Of a DNA stretch of 64,000 bases, positions 27,601 to 40,872 are shown piece after piece. The stretch covers positions 179,612 to 243,611 of the forward strand of contig NC_092675.1 of assembly GCF_964355755.1 (NCBI RefSeq), written 5' to 3'. This stretch comes from Antedon mediterranea. Lineage: Eukaryota; Animalia; Echinodermata. Position 1 is the first letter of the stretch; every line of letters begins with the position of its first letter. The notes beneath the pieces are model-generated. The model was not told the origin of the DNA. It did no database searches and worked only from the letters and a program-made list of their open reading frames with translations. The position numbers and the translations under genes are program-made.

Positions 27601-30600
27601 GCAGTAGACTGTCTATAATAAGGCACTGACATTTGTTGTTGTGAAATCATATAACCGAATTTTTTTGTCATGCTATTGTTTTATATAACTTTAATATTGT
27701 TGTTAATGGGACCCCACTGGAAATAAGATAAACAAATAAAGAAAATAAAAACTAAAAACCATGCAAACACAACAAGATGACAAAACAATGTGGTTAATTC
27801 TATTAAAAGGTATTACAGTACCTATGATTCTCCCAAATAATAATTTTTATTGACAAACTTTTCATTTCCATTTCATTACAAGAATATATTATGTTCTATA
27901 AATAAATTATAATAAATTATTTAATTTATACAGATTCAAGAAAATTGGAAATACCACAAGCCTCGAATAGCGTCTTATTGGTTGGTTAAACTGGACTCTA
28001 TTAAACGTCGTAAAGTGATTGACATTGTCAGGTCAAATGTGCGTTCAGTTCTTCAAAAGATGTGGCGTTGTCCCGATATTGAGTCCCTGAAACTGTGGCG
28101 TATATTTTATCGTCTTTTTAATCGTCTACTTTGGAGTCATGGGCAAGGCCTGTGGAACTGCTTTTCATCAAACACGAGGCATGCTGCTTTTTGTTTATAG
28201 TGATAAACAGTTTTAATAGTATTTATATAGAATAAATATGTTTGTATGTTTACATTTGTAACTACTGTATTATTTAAAATATGATTATTCGTTGTCAACA
28301 TCGTGGTTATATTGTCTTCTCTCATTAATCTCTGGTAATTTGGAAATTAGGCATCCAACGTAGAGTAGAACCCATATTAAGAGGACACCTTCGGGACCCA
28401 ATGTGAAAGTAATAGGTGTGTCACCTGAATAGGAGTTGGCAATAGTGCCACTTGTTTCATAGGAATTGTCCCAAGTGAGGGGTTTATATTGTAATTTACA
28501 TTTGTATTTTATCAAATCATAATAATATTGTTATCATTTTTGTTACAGCTGTTCTTGGGACACTATCTTTCATAAGAATAAAGATAGCATATCAGGTGTT
28601 GAATTTATGTGTTGTGAGCGTGTCATAGAACTTTGTTGTCAATGTCTGCTCATTGTGTATCAGTTTGCAGCTGAAGCCAAGCTATCAATGCCTTCTGGGG
28701 AAACCTATTCACCAACCAAGTAAGAATCATTTTGTTTGTCTTTCCAAACTTTTAAATTATTTTTATTCATGATACAGTAAACTCTCCAAAAACTAACAAC
28801 AACCAAAAAAAAAATGTTTTAAAAAGTCTGTTTTTAGCTAAAATAGTACTACAGTAAAATCTTGATTGAGGAGACACCTTTAAGACCAAACAAAGTGTCA
28901 CTTTCATAGGTGTGTACCCAAATAGTGATTGGCCATAGTGTTGAACCTATTTATTTTATTCTACAAGAAAGTGTCATATTCATGTCATGTTCCTTTCCAA
29001 AGTGTCATATAGGGGTGTTCCTTTCCAAGTGTCATATAGGGGTGTTCCTTTCCAAGTATCATATAGGGGTGTTCCTTTCCAAGTGTCATAGGGGTGTTCC
29101 TTTCCAAGTGTCATATAGGGGTGTTCCTTTCCAAGTGTCATATAGGGGTGTTCCTTTCCAAGTATCATATAGGGGTGTTCCTTTCCAAGTGTCATAGGGG
29201 TGTTCCTTTCCAAGTGTCATATAGGGGTGTTCCTTTCCAAGTGTCATATAGGGGTGTTCCTTTCCAAGTGTCATATAGGGGTGTTCCTTTCCAAGTGTCA
29301 TATAGGGGTGTTCCTTTCCAAGTGTCATATAGGGGGTGTTCCTTTCCAAGTGTCATATAGGGGTGTTCCTTTCCAAAGTGTCATATAGGGGTGTTCCTTT
29401 CCAAGTGTCATATAGGGGTGTTCCTTTCCAAGTGTCATATAGGGGTGTTCCTTTCCAAGTGTCATATAGGGGTGTTCCTTTCCAAGTGTCATATAGGGGT
29501 GTTCCTTTCCAAGTGTCATATAGGGGTGTTCCTTTCCAAAGTGTCATATAGGGGTGTTCCTTTCCAAAGTGTCATATAGGGGTGTTCCTTTCCAAAGTGT
29601 CATATAGGGGTGTTCCTTTCCAAAGTGTCATATAGGGGTGTTCCTTTCCAAGTGTCATATAGGGGTGTTCCTTTCCAAGTGTCATAGGGGTGTTCCTTTC
29701 CAAAGTGTCATATAGGGGTGTTCCTTTCCAAGTGTCATATAGGGGTGTTTCTTTCCAAAGTGTCATATAGGGGTGTTCCTTTCCAAGTGTCATATAGGGG
29801 TGTTCCTTTCCAAGTGTCATAGGGGTGTTCCTTTCCAAAGTGTCATATAGGGGTGTTCCTTTCCAAAGTGTCATATAGGGGTGTTCCTTTCCAAAGTGTC
29901 ATATAGGGGTGTTCCTTTCCAAAGTGTCATACAGGGGTGTTCCTTTCCAAAGTTTCATATAGGGGTGTTCCTTTCCAAAGTGTCATATAGGGGTGTTCCT
30001 TTCCAAATTTCATAGAGACATTCCAAAGGAGGAGTTCTATTCTATTGTAAAAAAAACATGGGTCTTTGTAACTTGAAGAGAGTATGAGGTTTGTCAGATA
30101 TTCTGTCACTCAAAAATATGTAATTTTGGGTCCAGTTGGACCAATTCATTGGCACCTGCTGAGTATGTTGTGATGGCTCCACTTTTCATAGGTTTCAGTT
30201 TGACAACATAACCACAGAGAAAGATGAAATTTAAATTGGACTATACATCGGAATATATACAAATTAAATGGTGGTTAAAGTTCAATACATTGTTTTTAAT
30301 CTTTCACATTTTATGGTTAAAAAAACATTAATTGTACATTGAAATGATGTTGCTACTTTGCTAATAAAAAAAGGAAAAATAGTAATTATAAGTGTGAATA
30401 AGCTTGTTTTATCATTGACATAAGCTGATATTAATAGCCAGATGTGAATCATATCAGATATGTTATAGGAAATGATGATGCGTTTCGTTGTCACTTAATA
30501 CTACTACGCAGACAAACATTTTTCAATTCCTAATATGACATTCACTTTTTCAAATTTCTTTGAATCGAACCGCAGTCCTATTTGTTTTTCCTTTTCTCAA

Positions 30601-33600
30601 TTTAGTAGGTGTAAACAGGTAAAAGAATGTAATTCCTTGACGTCAGCAATCCAAAAGTATTTTCATTCAAAATCATATGTTCAGTACAAACCGCAATCCT
30701 TTATTGTTTTTCCTCACTTTTTTCTTTTCCAATATGCTATGACATTTATTATTATTATTAAATTCCCTTAGTTATTGCAATGAAAAGGTAATTTTTAATT
30801 TAATTTCCATTGTTTTAGTTGGAATACATTTTTAAAATAATATATGCTGTTTAATATAGTATAAACATTTTTCAAAAAAAAAATGATTTACACTGTTACA
30901 GTAATTATTAGCAACTGGTTTTGGTTTAGAAATTAGACATCAGTTTACAATTGCAATAAGATATGTTTGTCATTGTTTCAATACAGATTGCTTGTTTAAA
31001 TGACATCCTTTATTCAGTGTATTCCTTCCTATAGAAATGGTCACAATCTTATAGGATTGTATGATCTCTCACCCATCATTATAAATGGGTACTGTGGATA
31101 ATTGTTATGTCCTAGACATTTGTCACTGTGACTATAATTGCAAAAAGTAAATATTTCCTAGTTCAATTAAAGGTGCACGATTTCTGATCCTTCAGGGATA
31201 GATTCATATTTCCTGTATATTGTCAAATCGAAGCCTTGTGTAAGAGTTCATGGTTTAGCCAAAGGTTAACCACAACACAGATCAAATGTGATTTGAGGTA
31301 TCACATAATTAAAATTTCTTTTTAAACTTTTGACTTTTAAACCGAATTGATTTTGATTACTAACTGCGATTACAACTAATTTAGTTTGACTACTAATGAG
31401 CTTTTTAAAACTAAATTGAAACTTAAACATCAAAGAAAATTATACAATACAAATGATAGACAAAGAAAGTATGAACACCGAAAGAATAAAAGAAAGTATA
31501 CAATACAAATGATAGACAAAGAAAGTATGAACACAGAAAGAATAAAAGAAAGTATACAATACAAATGATAGACAAAGAAAGTATGAACACAGAAAGAATA
31601 AAAGAAAGTATACAATACAAATGATAGACAAAGAAAGTATGAACACAGAAAGAATAAAAGAAATTATACAATACAAATGATAGACAAAGAAAGTATGAAC
31701 ACAGAAAGAATAAAAGAAATTATACAATACAAATGATAGACAAAGAAAGTATGAACACAGAAAGAATTAAAGAAATTATACAATACAAATGATAGACAAA
31801 GAAAGTATGAACACAGAAAGAATACAATACAAATGATAGACAAAGAAAGTATGAACACAGAAAGAATAAAAGAAAGTATACAATACAAATGATAGACAAA
31901 GAAAGTATGAACACAGAAAGAATAAAAGAAAGTATACAATACAAATGATAGACAAAGAAAGTATGAACACAGAAAGAATAAAAGAAAGTATACAATACAA
32001 ATGATAGACAAAGAAAGTATGAACACAGAAAGAATAAAAGAAAGTATACAATACAAATGATAGACAAAGAAAGTATGAACACAGAAAGAATTAAAGAAAT
32101 TATACAATACAAATGATAGACAAAGAAAGTATGAACACAGAAAGAATAAAAGAAATTATACAATACAAATGATAGACAAAGAAAGTATGAACACAGAAAG
32201 AATTAAAGAAATTATACAATACAAATGATAGACAAAGAAAGTATGAACACAGAAAGAATAAAAGAAATTATACAATACAAATGATAGACAAAGAAAGTAT
32301 GAACACAGAAAGAATAAAAGAAATTATACAATACAAATGATAGACAAAGAAAGTATGAACACAGAAAGAATAAAAGAAAGTATACAATACAAATGATAGA
32401 CAAAGAAAGTATGAACACAGAAAGAATTAAAGAAATTATACAATACAAATGATAGACAAAGAAAGTATGAACACAGAAAGAATAAAAGAAAGTATACAAT
32501 ACAAATGATAGACAAAGAAAGTATGAACACAGAAAGAATTAAAGAAATTATACAATACAAATGATAGACAAAGAAAGTATGAACACAGAAAGAATAAAAG
32601 AAATTATACAATACAAATGATAGACAAAGAAAGTATGAACACAGAAAGAATAAAAGAAAGTATACAATACAAATGATAGACAAAGAAAGTATGAACACAG
32701 AAAGAATTAAAGAAATTATACAATACAAATGATAGACAAAGAAAGTATGAACACAGAAAGAATTAAAGAAATTATACAATACAAATGATAGACAAAGAAA
32801 GTATGAACACAGAAAGAATAAAAGAAATTATACAATACAAATGATAGACAAAGAAAGTATGAACACAGAAAGAATAAAAGAAAGTATACAATACAAATGA
32901 TAGACAAAGAAAGTATGAACACAGAAAGAATAAAAGAAATTATACAATACAAATGATAGACAAAATACAAATGATAGACAAAGAAATTATGAACACAGAA
33001 AGAATTAAAGAAATTATACAATACAAATGATAGACAAAGAAAGTATGAACACAGAAAGAATAAAAGAAATTATACAATACAAATGATAGACAAAGAAAGT
33101 ATGAACACAGAAAGAATTAAAGAAATTATACAATACAAATGATAGACAAAGAAAGTATGAACACAGAAAGAATAAAAGAAAGTATACAATACAAATGATA
33201 GACAAAGAAAGTATGAACACAGAAAGAATAAAAGAAAGTATACAATACAAATGATAGACAAAGAAAGTATGAACACAGAAAGAATAAAAGAAAGTATACA
33301 ATACAAATGATAGACAAAGAAAGTATGAACACAGAAAGAATAAAAGAAATTATACAATACAAATGATAGACAAAGAAAGTATGAACACAGAAAGAATAAA
33401 AGAAATTATACAATACAAATGATAGACAAAGAAAGTATGAACACAGAAAGAATTAAAGAAATTATACAATACAAATGATAGACAAAGAAAGTATGAACAC
33501 AGAAAGAATTAAAGAAATTATACAATACAAATGATAGACAAAGAAAGTATGAACACAGAAAGAATAAAAGAAATTATACAATACAAATGATAGACAAAGA

Positions 33601-36392
33601 AAGTATGAACACAGAAAGAATAAAAGAAATTATACAATACAAATGATAGACAAAGAAAGTATGAACACAGAAAGAATTAAAGAAATTATACAATACAAAT
33701 GATAGACAAAGAAAGTATGAACACAGAAAGAATACAATACAAATGATAGACAAAGAAAGTATGAACACAGAAAGAATAAAAGAAAGCATACAATACAAAT
33801 GATAGACAAAGAAAGTATGAACACAGAAAGAATAAAAGTTTGTTTTTATGTGAGGTAAAGTAAAATGTAACTACAATACCCCCCTCCCCCCTCCCCCCTC
33901 CCCCCACTACAAATAAACTTTAAAAAATAAAAACAAATTATTTTTAAAAAGACAAATTAAGAACAAAGCAGTATAAATGAAATATATGAAGCTAATTTAA
34001 AAGAAAGAAACAATTGTATTATTTAATATTATTAGTTTTTATTACATTAAATGTATTCGGCTTATTTTGATAATTAGATTGTAGTATAGGAAGGATACTC
34101 AATTTGTTAAAACTGTGAGAATCCAAGCAAATGTATTGCATGTAATTGTTTTGGTCATAACGGCTTTAAATTTTGAAGTCTTGTGTCACCACTTAGCTCA
34201 CCAATAAAAGTGTGTCACTTCAATTGCCCACCATTACCTTAACCACACAGTGTGTAACTCAATTGCCCACTACCACACAGTTATATTGCCCACCACACCA
34301 CAATGGTAGTTCAATTCTGTAAGTAGTAAACGGCTTAGATAACTTCCTGTATTTGACAGTTGGAATGACTACACCTTAAAGTAGAATTGTACTGTATTTT
34401 GTAACAAGGAAGCTTAGAGACAAAAACATGACAGATTAAAACGCATGCGTAGGTCTTCAAATGTTGTCACATTCAGATATAGTTGACTTTTACCATGCAA
34501 TTTATCTAAAAGCCTAAACTTTGGTATGAATGAATGGAAGATGTAGAGCAGAAATTACCTTGGCTATTGTTTTAATGAAAAAAAAGTCAATTTTGAAATA
34601 AAAATAATTTGATCAATTCTGTTATTAAAGATATCCACAAAAAAAATTTTTTTTTGGATGTGCAATTTTGATGTTTCATAATAGTTATTCCTATTGACCA
34701 GAAACATATTGGATCAAAACAAATTGTTTACCTGGAAAAACTGCAAAATAATAGTCAAATTAGGTGCCAGCCAATTAACTGTTTGTTTTGTCTTTTTATA
34801 AGTGAAAGCATTTTTTTTCTGCCGAAGTGACTTTATTAAATAAAACTACAAAATGGCTTAATCAAAATCTGATTTTAAAAATCTTAATTTTTATGTTTTG
34901 TTTCATGTTTTTCATGACCTTTATTGTCATTTATCATGACCTCTATTGTCATTTGTCATGACCTCTATTGTCATTTGTCATGACCTTTATTGTCATTTGT
35001 CATGACCTATTGTCATTTGTCATGACCTCTATATTGTCATTTATTGTGTGACAATTTACTTCACACCAAAGGAAACGATAAAGGATATTTTATAGATTTG
35101 TTTGCTACTTTCAATAATATGAATACAATGCATAATTATGAAATTGTTGAATATCAAAATATTGTTTGCATGAGTATTGAAAAGCTTTTTGATTGTGTTA
35201 GCAGAAACATAAAATGAACCATTATCTGCAATTGAGTTAGATTTCATCTTGATAAAAAGGATAGATATAAATTAAATACCTAAAACAATTGGTGTAACTA
35301 TGCAGTTCAACACACTGATAAATGGTGTAACTATGCAGTCCAACACACTGATAAATGGTGTAACTATGCAGTCCAACACACTGATAAATGGTGTAACTAT
35401 GCAGTCCAACACACTGATAAATGGTGTAACTATGCAGTCCAACACACTGATAAATGGTGTAACTATGCAGTCCAACACACTGATAAATGGTGTAACTATG
35501 CAGTCCAACACACTGATAAATGGTGTAACTATGCAGTCCAACACACTGATAAATGGTGTACTATGCAGTCCAACACAATTGGTGTAACTATGCAGTCCAA
35601 CACACTGATAAATGGTGTAACTATGCAGTCCAACACACTGATAAATTAAAAATCATTGCAAAATGCCACACACCTGCTATGTATAGGAATAGGGATTGAG
35701 CTTTGCATGAAACGACCCTAAAACAGATTTAGGAACTCATTTGATGTATCATAATCAGGGGCTGCACCTTCAATTTCGGAAATTGTAATGCAAAAGATAG
35801 GACAGCCCTCCCTATTTCAGATTCCTGGATCCACCATTGATAATGCTGTAAATATTTAAAACTCATATGACAAGATATTTTTGTCCTCTTTTTATTTGTT
35901 ATACACTTGTTTATTTATTTATTTATATGTTGAGCATGCACCTTTGAATCAGGACAGTGGCACTCACAATATGCGGTGCGGTCCAAGAAACAAAACAGAA
36001 CATATTGGAAAATAAAAATACATGAATAACTAACTGTAACTAATCTAAAAACAAAAATATCTAGAAACTACAGTTACTTGGTTGTAATGTTATCTTATTT
36101 GATTAACATAAGTTTGTAAGTGCCGTGTCATATCATATTGTATTCAATTTATAAATTTTTTTAGGAGTTTATTCTCAGAATACACACAGATCCTGTTCAT
36201 AACTAAGTACTTCTGTTCAGAGAAAAAAAAATTCACACCATTTTTATTTTCAGACAACTTTCATCATCACAGTTGAGCAATTCACGGACATCACCGTGGT
36301 TACCTTCAAGCCCTCACAAGGCTATGACTCCAGTGAGCCAACGGATGTCGCGTTTGTACCTGAACAAGTCTCTAGATAATCTAGCCTCTTAA
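15681..36392 (+). CDS. TTLL7: Tubulin polyglutamylase TTLL7, 17 coding exons, ~876 aa
   Basis: Exons 15681-15756, 16468-16626, 16929-16986, 17263-17326, 17616-17683, 19283-19441, 20217-20433, 22915-23079, 23623-23778, 24311-24499, 24815-25075, 25418-25495, 25864-26160, 26944-27072, 27934-28178 (GC donor), 28549-28719, 36254-36392; phase-consistent. Motifs RINHFPAMGEICRKD, TWIFPAEY, FIVKP, KFDLRIY, HLTNYSIN, EPHVLHAYRMCRPG, CFEILGFD, KPWLLEINRAPSFGTD and the TTLL7-type C-terminus YHKPRIASYWLVKLDS...GQGLWNCF. The first and last exons are less certain. Confidence 0.93.
17692..18413 (-). mobile_element. 5'-truncated LINE 3' fragment with poly(A) tail and TSD, in TTLL7 intron 5
   Basis: ORF 17818-18372 has YRLSFVPSIITHWNEL, RIRLGFSCLNSHL and CTCG...ENPLHFLCYCPNY (LINE ORF2 C-terminus). 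Poly-T at 17692-17714. TSD AAAGTAAGTCATTT at 17681-17694 and 18414-18427. Confidence 0.9.
18537..19199. mobile_element. Tc1/mariner-pogo-like MITE containing a 69-bp tandem array (~8 copies, 18605-19162)
   Basis: TA|CAGTAGAACC... and ...GATCTACTG|TA termini, GGGGACAC/GTGTCCCC subterminal motifs, internal unit AAGTGTCCCCTGGATAAGGGTTGGCTGCAGTG...GTTTCACAAG. Related remnants at ~1428-1550, 24030-24150, 28360-28493. Confidence 0.75.
20518..22673. repeat. 57-bp minisatellite, ~38 copies, in TTLL7 intron 7
   Basis: Unit ATGCATGCATTGAGGATGCATGGTAATAGTACTAGTACAGTATGTTAGGGTTAGGTT. It produces the 721-aa 19-mer repeat ORF on the - strand. Confidence 0.97.
26631..26778. mobile_element. Small non-autonomous DNA element with ATAGGCCATTTT/AAAATGGTCTAT inverted ends
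   Basis: Imperfect terminal inverted repeats. Similar 3' ends (AAACTACAAAATGG) with similar downstream flanks at ~34845-34900 and ~44760-44815. Confidence 0.4.
28985..30007. repeat. 25-28-bp minisatellite (~37 copies) in the last TTLL7 intron, probably inside a decayed pogo-like MITE (~28852-30047)
   Basis: Unit GTGTCATATAGGGGTGTTCCTTTCCAA(A). TA|CAGTAAAATC...GAGACACC lies upstream and ...TTCTATTG|TA downstream. Confidence 0.92.
31430..33837. repeat. 56-bp purine-rich minisatellite, ~43 copies
   Basis: Unit TATACAATACAAATGATAGACAAAGAAAGTATGAACACAGAAAGAATAAAAGAAA(G/T), with a few truncated units. Confidence 0.97.
34913..35045. repeat. ~21-bp tandem repeat, ~6 copies
   Basis: TCATGACCT(C/T)TATTGTCATTTG repeated. 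Confidence 0.85.
35290..35646. repeat. 33-bp minisatellite, ~11 copies
   Basis: TGGTGTAACTATGCAGTCCAACACACTGATAAA repeated. Confidence 0.93.
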
Positions 36393-37442
36393 GATTAGAT
36401 ACCATTAGACAACAATGTGTGTAAAATTGTGACTTTGACCAGGTTTTGGCAGTCATTACTTTGCCATAAAATTGATAATATTGTATATCAAAAAGGAATG
36501 TCAGGGAGGGGTGTATATAAACATCTAAATTTATATTCAATATCATTATAATATTTTTCTAATTTTTGTTAGGCATACTGATCTTCTCTATTAACAATTT
36601 GAATAAATTGATTTTTTTGTTTTTAAATTGATATTAATTACTTTTAATTTTTTAATCTTGAAACATTGAATTGAAAGCATACTTTTAATTATTTTTAATC
36701 ATTGTAATAAGTGATGTGTATTTTCTCACCTTCTGAAAACTAAATTATTTGTAAAAAAATATCATAACTAATATGATTGAACATCTTCATAAATAATAAT
36801 TTACTTTTAAGGGATGAAAAAAATAGAAATATTAAATGTTATTGTTATTAATTTTAGTAACACATACAACTAGGCCTACATGGCAATTTCTAAACATAAA
36901 GGCCCAAATTAAACTCTTGAACATAAGTCATTCTGACCTCTAGAAAGTTATCCAACTCTAATACAAAAATTAGGCATGTACTAGAAAGATTTGTAATTAT
37001 TTGATATATTTGCTATCATGTGTGTTAGTGCATTTTATAAATTGCACCAGCTTTAATAAATTTTATTTTTTACTACATTTTTAGGATATGTATCTGTATA
37101 ATTTGGATGTTATATTTAAGTATAGTATTAATTTAAAGACATATTTGAACCACCTTCATAGATCAATGTTTATTGTTCTACACAATTGTAGGGCTTTTAG
37201 AAAAATAAAGGTAACCTCGTATTAACTCTGAATGTTTTAATTTCTTGGCAGACAATGATTTCCTCTAGAATTGCATATAATAACATTGCCAACATTTTCA
37301 TTATCAAAAAAATGATGTCATTTCTAGATTATGTTTTCAGTCACATTTAGTGTAATAGATAATGTGACTCATTTAGATGTTGTTACAGACACTTCCTTTG
37401 TACGTGGTTATAATAGTAATTATTAATTTAATAATAAATATT

Positions 37443-38027
37443 AACTAGAGGGTACTCCGAGAGTACAAACCTCCGCCTACTGTAAAATTCCCCTACATAA
37501 AATTCCCCCTGAATATATTTTTTTTACATTTTTTTTTATTAGTTCTAAGTGTAAATATGTTAACTGCACACTACAAAGTTGTGGATGACAGTGTGGTGTA
37601 ATGGTTATGTGTCCAGCCTCTCACAGTTGAGATCGCTGGTTCAAGTCCCACTGAGGTTTTTTTTTTTTTTATTTTTTTTTTTTTTTGTGGACCTTGATCT
37701 TTGACCCTGACCCTTCAAAATTTAACCACAATTATATGATGTGTCATTGATCATTGTGGCTAAGTTTGGTGAGAATCGGATCAAAACTGTGGTCTCTAGG
37801 CAGTAAAATAGTTTTTTGTTAGTTGTGACCTTGACCTATGACCTTTCCCCCTCAAATTCGAACTCGTCCGAGCTTTTTGGCCATAGATCATTGTGTCCAA
37901 ATTTGGTTAGAATCGGATAAAAACTGTGGCCTCCAGGCTGTTCACAGACACACACACAAACACACAAACACACAAACACACACACAAACATACAGGGGTG
38001 AAAACATAACCTCCTTGGCAGAGGTAA
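37443..38027. mobile_element. Helentron/HINE-like non-autonomous element with an embedded tRNA-like segment and (CA)n tract
   Basis: Starts AACTAGAG, has a subterminal inverted repeat ACCTCCGCC versus GGCAGAGGT, GACCTTGA motifs, a CA microsatellite at ~37945-37992, and a terminal hairpin ACCTCCTTGGCAGAGGT. The tRNA-like stretch ~37584-37655 has TGGTGTAATGG and GGTTCAAGTCC. Confidence 0.6.
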
Positions 38028-40872
38028 TAAAGGTAATATAAACAACAAAAATGTAAAGCTCTGTCTACACTATTAAACTTTATATGACAAAAAAATATGA
38101 TGGAAATGATGATGTAATGTCACTACCATATTTGGGCACAGTGTAGACAGAGCTTTACAACGGTTCAAGTTGAAGAAATAATAAATAATAACTATTAGGC
38201 TATAATTATAAATCATCTTCACTGAATGTTTATGCAAATTCATTTGTGCGAATCGAACGACACAAAAAGTAAAAAAAACAATGAAAATTTGCTCGAATAT
38301 GTAGTTAGTTTATTTCACGTCTGTCATCAAACAAATATAAATAAGAGCATATCAATCAAACAAATAAATAATGGAATACAAAGTTGAGTTGCGTTGTTGT
38401 GCAATCGCTAACATTTTGGGCTTTACACAATCTACTACATGTATTGATTATAGGCTTATGCAGCACTTGTTTTCTAACTTTACCTGTCAATGTTTGAATA
38501 AGGAAGCAGATGGTGTCGTAATAATCGTATGTTTTATTCAGACCAGATTCACTCTTTCTTATGTCTAAATATTTCAAAATAGTCTAGTTTCGCAATAAAC
38601 AAATTATGCAACACTATTGTTTATCAGATATAACGGAATGATAAAAAGACACCGCAAACCGAAATAAATTTGAATAAAAGAAAATCAATAACCAATATCT
38701 GTTTGCCAATCTGAAATTGCAGTTCTCTTTGGCTTATTTGAGATTCCACACATAAATAAAGACTTAACCAGGTTTTTTTGTCTTGATATTATTTGTTCCT
38801 TATTTTATGTGGAACAATAAAAATGAATGAAAAGAATATAGTTTGACTCTTATGGGCGTGGTCATTTCATTTTCACTGATATCACTTCAATGTGTGTCGT
38901 TTTTATATTATCCATCTTAAATTCCTCATCAAATTGCGTTTTTGTTTTGGTTCTTATCTGTGTCTGTTCTCATGTATGGTATAAATAAATCAAATAATGT
39001 TTGTATTGATACACTCTACTCGCGTAAAGTATTGCTTTTCATATAGTATTATAATATTCGTGTTATTGTTAACATTCTATCCGTCGTCCCCACTTTGCTG
39101 CTATGATCTACGCCAGACTATGTGATGTCATGCGATTATTACGTCACAGAGTAATTCCTCCATGAGTACATCAAGTTGCATCATAACTTCTAGTTCCTAC
39201 TTCCATTAGGTGTATGTTGGACGTATCGCATATCACACCCTGTATAATGCCATTTACACCCTCGCTTCCTGGTCCCATGATGAAGAATCTAAATCGTTTG
39301 TAGGCCCTATTCCGAAGAAAACGCCTAATATAGTTAAAATTAGATACTCTGGTAACAGCTTAATCATAGTTTAAGGAACTAAAAATGATTGTTTAAGAAT
39401 GTTCCCAGCGGCAGTTGCATTCATCATGTGTTCCAACAAAGTTATTAATAATAATAGTAAGCCTACATTAAATCCATGTATGGAGGAGGAAATCCTTGGT
39501 CAACCCCTTGATTCGCAACGCCCGTCCCGATACGATACAGTATTAAGTTGGAATAACGTGGGTGTTGTCTAGTAAAGTGATATCAATATAATTGTTTTAT
39601 TATTGATTTTTTTTCTTCATAAAAGTATTAATGGGTTTTTAAGTCATAATTATTAGAAAGCGTATAGATCCACTAACCCCACCCCATTCCCTTTTATATA
39701 GCCTGCTGTAGTCGTTCTGTATGGTAGTTGATATCGATATAGTCTGTTGTAGTCGTTCTGCATGGTAGTTGACAAACCATTAACAATTCAAAAGAAAACA
39801 TGAAATTTGTTTATATATATATATCTTTTATTCATTTTCACTGAATGGTATCTGCAATTATAACATGTAACATAATAGTTTTTCATGACAAATTTCAGAT
39901 TGTGTCATTTTCTTTCTGTTGCCTATTTATGGATATTTAATATTTATTTCCTCGTTGAAGGTGTATCTAAATCCTCCATTTTGGTTGAATGAATTACATT
40001 TTGTATATTTTTCTATAACAATTAAGAGAAGCTCTGAAATGTATTGATTTCCTTAAAAGTGTTGCTACTACAGTGTTAACATTTTGAAAATGAACAAATT
40101 ATTTTAATTTTTTTTTTTTTCAAATTTAATTTTCTTTACGAAGAGAACAATACATTACATTTAGTTTATTACTGCCTTAAAATATCAAAATTACAATATA
40201 TACAAATTTATTCCTTATATTACAATTAAAATACTGCACAAATGATATGTATAGTACACCTATTTTACAAAACTTATTTTACAAATTGTATAAAAAACAT
40301 TATACTATCTTTATAAACATGTATTGTACACGTCCGCCTTCAATTAAGAACCGTATTGGACTTTCGTGTGGATTTTTAGCAACTCATTTTTCCAAAAATT
40401 AGTTGGACATGCTTTGTTTCATGACGTCATATATATATCGAAATTAATATTTGTCTCTAGGCGCGATAAAAGAGACTGGTGAGGTCCTTATTTGGAGGCA
40501 GACCTGTACTAATGCCCAAAATCTTACTTTAGATCAGTACTTTATAACTTAATAGACCATTTTTATTTTGGTCATACCTGAATTACATTACACTTAAATC
40601 TTATACAAAGACGACCCTAATACCTACTCAAAGTGTATAGGGTCTAGATATACTTGTATACACCATTTAAACCAAAGATAATTAAGTACACATTGTAATT
40701 GTTCTCATTAACTATTTGGTCTTATCTTATTTTATTCTACGATAATAGTTATCTATGGATTTGTGTCTCTACCCTAAGTAAGCACTTTTGTAATCAGTAG
40801 TGTAAGTATCTGATAATGTGCATATAAAAGATGTATCACCGGGGCACTAGACCCTGCTGATGGTAGATATTT

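Noticed and set aside
28910-35587. Dozens of short repetitive ORFs (MTLGKEHPY, SFCVHTFF, DCIVTPFISVL)
   Set aside because: They are translations of 27-, 56- and 33-bp minisatellites in several frames.
37584-37655. Functional tRNA gene
   Set aside because: A and B boxes are present but I could not form a convincing acceptor stem, and it is embedded in a repeat element. The same applies to the SINE head at ~3484-3555.
38900-39560. CpG-richer patch with CRE-like motifs as a further gene or promoter
   Set aside because: I found no convincing ORF or spliceable exon chain, so it cannot be assigned from sequence alone.
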